A DNA stretch of 64,000 nucleotides from contig JANLPR010000117.1 of assembly GCA_031367345.1 (NCBI GenBank), positions 9,759 through 73,758 of the forward strand. Reading direction: 5' to 3'. Under the pieces are notes generated by a model. The model searched no databases, was not told where the DNA came from, and saw only the letters and a program-made list of their open reading frames with translations. Below are positions 59,277-64,000 of the stretch, piece by piece. Every line of letters begins with the position of its first letter. The stretch's first letter is position 1. Both the position numbers and the translations under genes were made by a program. Source of the DNA: Bacteroidota bacterium (GTDB lineage: Bacteria > Bacteroidota > Bacteroidia > AKYH767-A > 2013-40CM-41-45).

Positions 59277-59322
59277 TGATAGTTATCATAGATATTAAGA
59301 AACTTTTTTTTGATATTTATCT
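59277..59322. promoter_or_regulatory. Paired Crp/Fnr-like boxes in the trxA / lyase divergent promoter
   Basis: TGATAGTTATCA (59277-59288, TGAT-N4-ATCA) and TGATATTTATCT (59311-59322). Confidence 0.55.
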
Positions 59323-59420
59323 TCAAAATTTTGTGCAACGCTTTGGATTTATTTTTAAACTTAAATAATAATCATTACCTTCTAAAAGTTTACTAATAAA
59401 AACCATTAATTCTAAAATTT

Positions 59421-60674
59421 ATGAAAACTAAAATGAAGCCTGAAAGTTTAATGATGTCCTATGGTTATCGTCCTGAACTTTCTGAAGGTGCAATTAAGTG
59501 CCCTATATTTCAAACTTCAACTTTTGTATTCAAAAGTGCTGAAGAAGGGAAAGCGTTCTTCGAAGTGGCCTATGGTCTACGTAAAAAGAAAGAAGGGGAA
59601 GAAATGGGACTGATCTATAGTCGAATCAACAATCCTGATTTGGAAATATTGGAAAATCGTTTAACCCTTTGGGATGAAGCAGAAGAATGTGCAGTATTTG
59701 AAAGTGGGATGTCTGCCATTACTACAGTGTTATTGGAATTTTTAAAGCCTGGCGATTTACTATTAATTAGTAGTCCGCTTTATGGCGGCAGCGATCATTT
59801 CATAAAAAAGATTCTTCCTAAATTTGGAATACATGTTCTTACATTTAAAGTTTCGCACTCACATCAAGAGGTCATTCAGTTGATAGAGGCAACGGGACAT
59901 GCTTCAAAATTGGCTATGGTCTATATTGAGACACCGGCAAACCCAACAAATATTTTAATTGATATAAGTGCAAGTAAAAAAATAGCCAAGCATTTTTCTA
60001 CAGATGAAAAGGAAGTTTATTTGGCTGTAGACAACACATATATGGGCCCGGTTTGGCAGCATCCTCTAAAGCATGGAGCTGACCTTGTTTTATACTCTGC
60101 TACAAAATACATAGGAGGCCATAGTGATGTAATTGCCGGAGCATGCTTAGGTTCAAAAGTTCTGATAAGTAGAGTTAAAACGTTGCGTACATTTTTAGGG
60201 AATATGGCAGGGCCATGGACAGGTTGGTTGTTGCTTCGAAGTCTCGAGACATTAAAAGCTAGAATGGATATACAAGCATTCAATGCGAATCGTGTGGCAG
60301 AGTTTTTAACAGGCCATCCGCTTGTAGAGAGGGTTTATTTTCCGGGCAATCTGACCGAGAAAGATGGCGAACAATATGAGATCAAGCAGCGTCAATGTTT
60401 AACGAATGGGGGTATGATTTCATTCGATATTAAAGGCGCAGAGAAAGATGCATTTATGTTTCTTAATTCTTTGCAGCTAATTAAATTGGCAGTGAGTTTA
60501 GGTGGTACAGAAAGTTTGGCTGAACATCCTGCTACTATGACACATAGCGATGTTGACCCTGATTTGAAAAAAGAACTTTTTATAACTGAAAAAATGGTAA
60601 GACTTTCTGTTGGCGTTGAAAGTTATATTGACATAATAGCCGATATTCAACAAGCACTTGATGAGGTGAAGTAG
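59421..60674 (+). CDS. Cys/Met-metabolism PLP enzyme (methionine gamma-lyase / cystathionine gamma-synthase family)
   Basis: YSRINNP, FESGMSAI, ETPANP, DNT, SATKYIGGHSD (PLP Lys), AVSLGG.ESL, RLSVG. Confidence 0.92.
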   Translation: MKTKMKPESLMMSYGYRPELSEGAIKCPIFQTSTFVFKSAEEGKAFFEVAYGLRKKKEGEEMGLIYSRINNPDLEILENRLTLWDEAEECAVFESGMSAITTVLLEFLKPGDLLLISSPLYGGSDHFIKKILPKFGIHVLTFKVSHSHQEVIQLIEATGHASKLAMVYIETPANPTNILIDISASKKIAKHFSTDEKEVYLAVDNTYMGPVWQHPLKHGADLVLYSATKYIGGHSDVIAGACLGSKVLISRVKTLRTFLGNMAGPWTGWLLLRSLETLKARMDIQAFNANRVAEFLTGHPLVERVYFPGNLTEKDGEQYEIKQRQCLTNGGMISFDIKGAEKDAFMFLNSLQLIKLAVSLGGTESLAEHPATMTHSDVDPDLKKELFITEKMVRLSVGVESYIDIIADIQQALDEVK

Positions 60675-60707
60675 AATAATGTAGTTGCTATAACTATTTT
60701 GACGAAA

Positions 60708-61676
60708 TTATTTCTTCTTTTCTTTGTCCTGGTTTTTAAAAAAACCACGAAGAAGAAAACTATGTTTTAATGCTTCTAATTCTTGGTCAATTTTTTCTGT
60801 TGATGTTCTTAAGTTGATAAGAGTTTGTTTGAGATTATTTTCTGCAGCGGAGTCGTTTAGTAAAGTTCCAACCGTTCCTTTGCCATTATTTACATCAGTT
60901 ACTAGTTGACTAATATTTTTACTTATAATCGAAAATTTTTCACTGCTTGTTTTTATTTCGGAGATAACTGAATGTAAATTATTGGTGATCGTAGAATCAT
61001 AAATGAGGGCATTTACTACACCATTTCCTGTTTTTACATCATTCACAATTGAAGAAATTTTCTCAGTTACTGTAGTTAAGTTTTTGCTAGTGATTTGAAT
61101 GTTTTCAATTGTAGTTTTTAAGCTTTGGGAAATAGTTGTGTCCATTAATACAGTGTAAAGAGTTCCTTGGCTTTTAATAATATTATCAGTAATACTTTTA
61201 AGATTTGAGGAAACAACTTCGATATTCAGATTGGTTGATTCTAATGTTCGCATCATTTTTTCAGTGTCAACACTTTTTTTAGAAACAATTTCATCGCCGT
61301 CTTTGATTAAAGCAGACTCAAGTGTTCCTGGTACAATGTTTACTAATTTATTTCCCATTAATCCATCGGTTCCGATTGTTGAAGTCGAATTTTTTCGAAT
61401 GTATTTTTGTAGTGATTCGTCGATGATCATAGTCACAACAATAGATGTGTCATTCATTATTTGTATGTTGTCGATTGTTCCTATGTCAATTCCGGAGTAA
61501 CGGACATTATTCCCAATTTGTAGTCCACTCACATCATTAAAAGTACTATGGATTGTGATTGTTGAGCTAAACATATTTTTATTTTTCCCTATTACGTATA
61601 GAGCGAAAATCAGCATTAGGATACCTGCGAGTACAAATATGCCTAGATTAATTCGTTTGATTATTTCTTTGTTCAT
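60708..61676 (-). CDS. mlaD: MlaD/MCE-family substrate-binding protein
   Basis: N-terminal TM, GLQIGNNVRYSGIDIG, DGLMGNK MCE motifs, helical C-terminus. Confidence 0.9.
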   Translation of the reverse strand: MNKEIIKRINLGIFVLAGILMLIFALYVIGKNKNMFSSTITIHSTFNDVSGLQIGNNVRYSGIDIGTIDNIQIMNDTSIVVTMIIDESLQKYIRKNSTSTIGTDGLMGNKLVNIVPGTLESALIKDGDEIVSKKSVDTEKMMRTLESTNLNIEVVSSNLKSITDNIIKSQGTLYTVLMDTTISQSLKTTIENIQITSKNLTTVTEKISSIVNDVKTGNGVVNALIYDSTITNNLHSVISEIKTSSEKFSIISKNISQLVTDVNNGKGTVGTLLNDSAAENNLKQTLINLRTSTEKIDQELEALKHSFLLRGFFKNQDKEKKK

Positions 61677-62459
61677 CTATTCAAAAAATTGTTTAACATT
61701 TATATCGGTCGAAGAGATTAATTCATCATAACTGCCTTTTGCATAGTCTATCCCATTTGCCATTAGTATAAGTCGATTAGCAGTTAATTGAGCACAATGC
61801 ATATCATGCGAAATTATAATTGACGATGTGTGATATTTCTCTTGCATTCGAAGCATGAGGTCTATGATTTCTTTACTGGTAATTGGATCGAGCCCTGTTG
61901 TTGGTTCGTCGTAGAGCATGATGTCTGGTTTTAATATTAGTGAACGAGCTAAACCAATTCTCTTTCGCATACCTCCCGATAATTCAGATGGCATTAAGTC
62001 GATGGCGTGAATTAATCCTACATTTTCAAGAGTTTCTTCAACAAGTTCTTTTATTTCTGCTTTTGTTTTATGTTTCCCATGACTTCGTAAAGGAAATTCA
62101 AGATTTTCGCTAACCGTCATACTATCATATAGTGCACTGCTCTGGAACACAAAACCAATTCTAGCTCTAATTTGATCGAGATCTTTCTGATTTAATTGGT
62201 TGATTTCATTTCCAAATACTTTTATAGAACCCGCATCATAGGGTATCAGTCCAACTATACATTTTATCAAGACAGATTTTCCGCAACCTGATTTCCCAAG
62301 TACAACAATATTTTCTCCTTTTTTAACAGTGATATTAAAGTCTGTGAGTACGTTATTATCGCCAAATGATTTACTCAAATGACTTACTTGAATAATAGCT
62401 TCTCCATAATTTTCAATTGAGGAGTTAGAAGCAACTATATTTTCTTTTGCCAAGATCAT
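61677..62459 (-). CDS. mlaF: MlaF-type ABC ATP-binding protein
   Basis: GKSGCGKS, FQSSALYDS, LSGGMRKR, YDEPTTGLDP, SHD. Confidence 0.92.
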   Translation of the reverse strand: MILAKENIVASNSSIENYGEAIIQVSHLSKSFGDNNVLTDFNITVKKGENIVVLGKSGCGKSVLIKCIVGLIPYDAGSIKVFGNEINQLNQKDLDQIRARIGFVFQSSALYDSMTVSENLEFPLRSHGKHKTKAEIKELVEETLENVGLIHAIDLMPSELSGGMRKRIGLARSLILKPDIMLYDEPTTGLDPITSKEIIDLMLRMQEKYHTSSIIISHDMHCAQLTANRLILMANGIDYAKGSYDELISSTDINVKQFFE

Positions 62460-63286
62460 AAGAATCCAAAGAATTCAGTTATTTGTACAGCAATTAAATC
62501 GATAATAAAAACTAAAATCGATGCAACAACAACAGCTGAATTTGCAGATTGTCCAACACCTTGAGTTCCTTTTTTGGAATAATATCCTTTGTAACAACCT
62601 ACCAAGCCAATTGCAAAACCAAAGAAGAATGATTTAATGAATGAAGGCACTACATCACTAAATTTTATCGATTCAAAAACTTGATGGAAAAAAAGTATAA
62701 AACTCACGGAACCTTTTATTTTCACTGCAAGATAAGCTCCGTATAAGGCGATACCATCACCAATAATAATCAATATTGGGATCATCAATGTTGTGCTAAC
62801 AATTCTGGTCACTACAATGTATTTGAAAGGATTGGTGCCACTTACTTCCATTGCGTCAATCTGTTCTGTTACTTTCATGGAACCTAATTCAGCGCCAATT
62901 CCTGACCCAATTTTTCCGGCACAGATCAATGCAATTACGACTGGGCCAATTTCACGAATGATACTTATTCCTACCATAGCAGGGAGCCATGCTTCAGCAC
63001 CAAATTCTACTAATGTTGGTCTTGATTGTAGTGTTATTACCAAACCGATTATGAATGCTGTAAGTCCCACTAATGGCATTGACTTCACGCCAATGTCGTA
63101 GGATTGTTTCATAACTTCTTTGAGCTCGTAAGGAGGGAAGAATACTTCTTTAAAATAACGAGCAGCAAATTGTGAGATCTGACCTGTTTCAAAAAGAAAT
63201 GTTGTCAAACTCTTAGGCAAATAAGAGTAAAAAGTTTTGGTTGAATTTTTAGTGTTTGATAAAATATTCGACTTTTCTCCTTCCAT
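62456..63286 (-). CDS. mlaE: MlaE-type ABC permease
   Basis: REIGPV, GSGIGAELGSMKVTEQIDAMEV, GVGQS. Confidence 0.93.
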   Translation of the reverse strand: MEGEKSNILSNTKNSTKTFYSYLPKSLTTFLFETGQISQFAARYFKEVFFPPYELKEVMKQSYDIGVKSMPLVGLTAFIIGLVITLQSRPTLVEFGAEAWLPAMVGISIIREIGPVVIALICAGKIGSGIGAELGSMKVTEQIDAMEVSGTNPFKYIVVTRIVSTTLMIPILIIIGDGIALYGAYLAVKIKGSVSFILFFHQVFESIKFSDVVPSFIKSFFFGFAIGLVGCYKGYYSKKGTQGVGQSANSAVVVASILVFIIDLIAVQITEFFGFL

Positions 63287-63496
63287 AAGTTCTCGCTTTA
63301 ACTGCAGGGTGTTCTATAGTGCCAAATTTATTAGTTGACTAAAATAATTTAATTAGCAAGTTAAGAAAAATTAATGGAAGCTAGGCAGCAATTATTCAGT
63401 CGCAATGGCATGATTTATCTCATACAAAGTTTCAACACCCTTTACAAGCCACTAAAAAGCGTATAATTATTGTGGCAAAACTCAAACGGCAATTGA

Positions 63497-64000
63497 TTAT
63501 TTCTTCTGTTTTGGTTTTTCGTAATAATAATAAATACGAACCACAGCGGCATCAATCAGAAAGTCAACTTTTACAATACGTGCTTGGTGCACTTTAAATC
63601 CTGTACGTTTTCGTAAATCGAGAAGCAGTTCTTCATATCGATCCGGATGTATGAGAGCCAGATTCTCATATTGAACATCGTAATAGAATTCGTTTTTCAT
63701 TAAAAGATTTCCATCTAATAAAAAAGTTAAAACTAAAACGATGCCGTTGATGAGAGTTATTTCGAACCATGTTGCATGGCTTACAGCGTTGATCAAACCA
63801 AGAGCAATACTAAGAAACAAATAGGTCATTTCTTTGGCAGAGATATCTTCTGTTCTGTAACGAAGCAATGAGAAGACAGCAAATAATCCAAAAGCTGCTC
63901 CCATACTCAAATCAACTTTGTTGAGAAGGTAGGTGATGATAAAAATTAATGTATTGAAGAGAAAATAAGTGAAAACATATTCTTTTCTCCGATAGATGGG
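63497..64000 (-). CDS. DUF4956-family membrane protein (5' end outside the window)
   Basis: Frame open from 64000; GLFAVFSLLRYRT, KEMTYLF..IALG, DLRKRTG motifs. Confidence 0.85.
   Translation of the reverse strand, partial: PIYRRKEYVFTYFLFNTLIFIITYLLNKVDLSMGAAFGLFAVFSLLRYRTEDISAKEMTYLFLSIALGLINAVSHATWFEITLINGIVLVLTFLLDGNLLMKNEFYYDVQYENLALIHPDRYEELLLDLRKRTGFKVHQARIVKVDFLIDAAVVRIYYYYEKPKQKK

Overview
AT-rich chromosomal segment from a Bacteroidota genome, judged from T9SS C-terminal sorting domains, a TTTG-N19-TAnnTTTG promoter, an archaeal/eukaryote-type ProRS and typical gene neighbourhoods. Left to right: the probable edge of an island at tRNA-Asp; a degenerate ATP-grasp/HAD fusion; OmpA; a small cassette-like two-gene module (GNAT-like gene broken by a TAA, plus an unannotated 59-aa ORF, bounded by attC-like core sites); a sugar/glycolysis cluster (FucP/GluP permease, NrtR/AraR regulator with a clear operator, pfkA-gapN-BadF-type kinase); housekeeping genes (lpxH-like, lpxK, PNP, Nif3, proS, cvfB, prfC); an accessory-looking block with a four-gene porin plus three monoheme cytochrome c operon, a Usp and a four-gene phosphorelay; then a TonB receptor, a T9SS type B protein, an L,D-transpeptidase, trxA, a Met/Cys lyase and mlaEFD. 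The best candidate for an undescribed system is the porin-cytochrome operon (37782-40296). Its predicted topologies span the envelope, and it shares paired TGA-N6-TCA (Crp/Fnr-like) boxes with other promoters in the window. All calls come from reading motifs by eye; no database searches were run.
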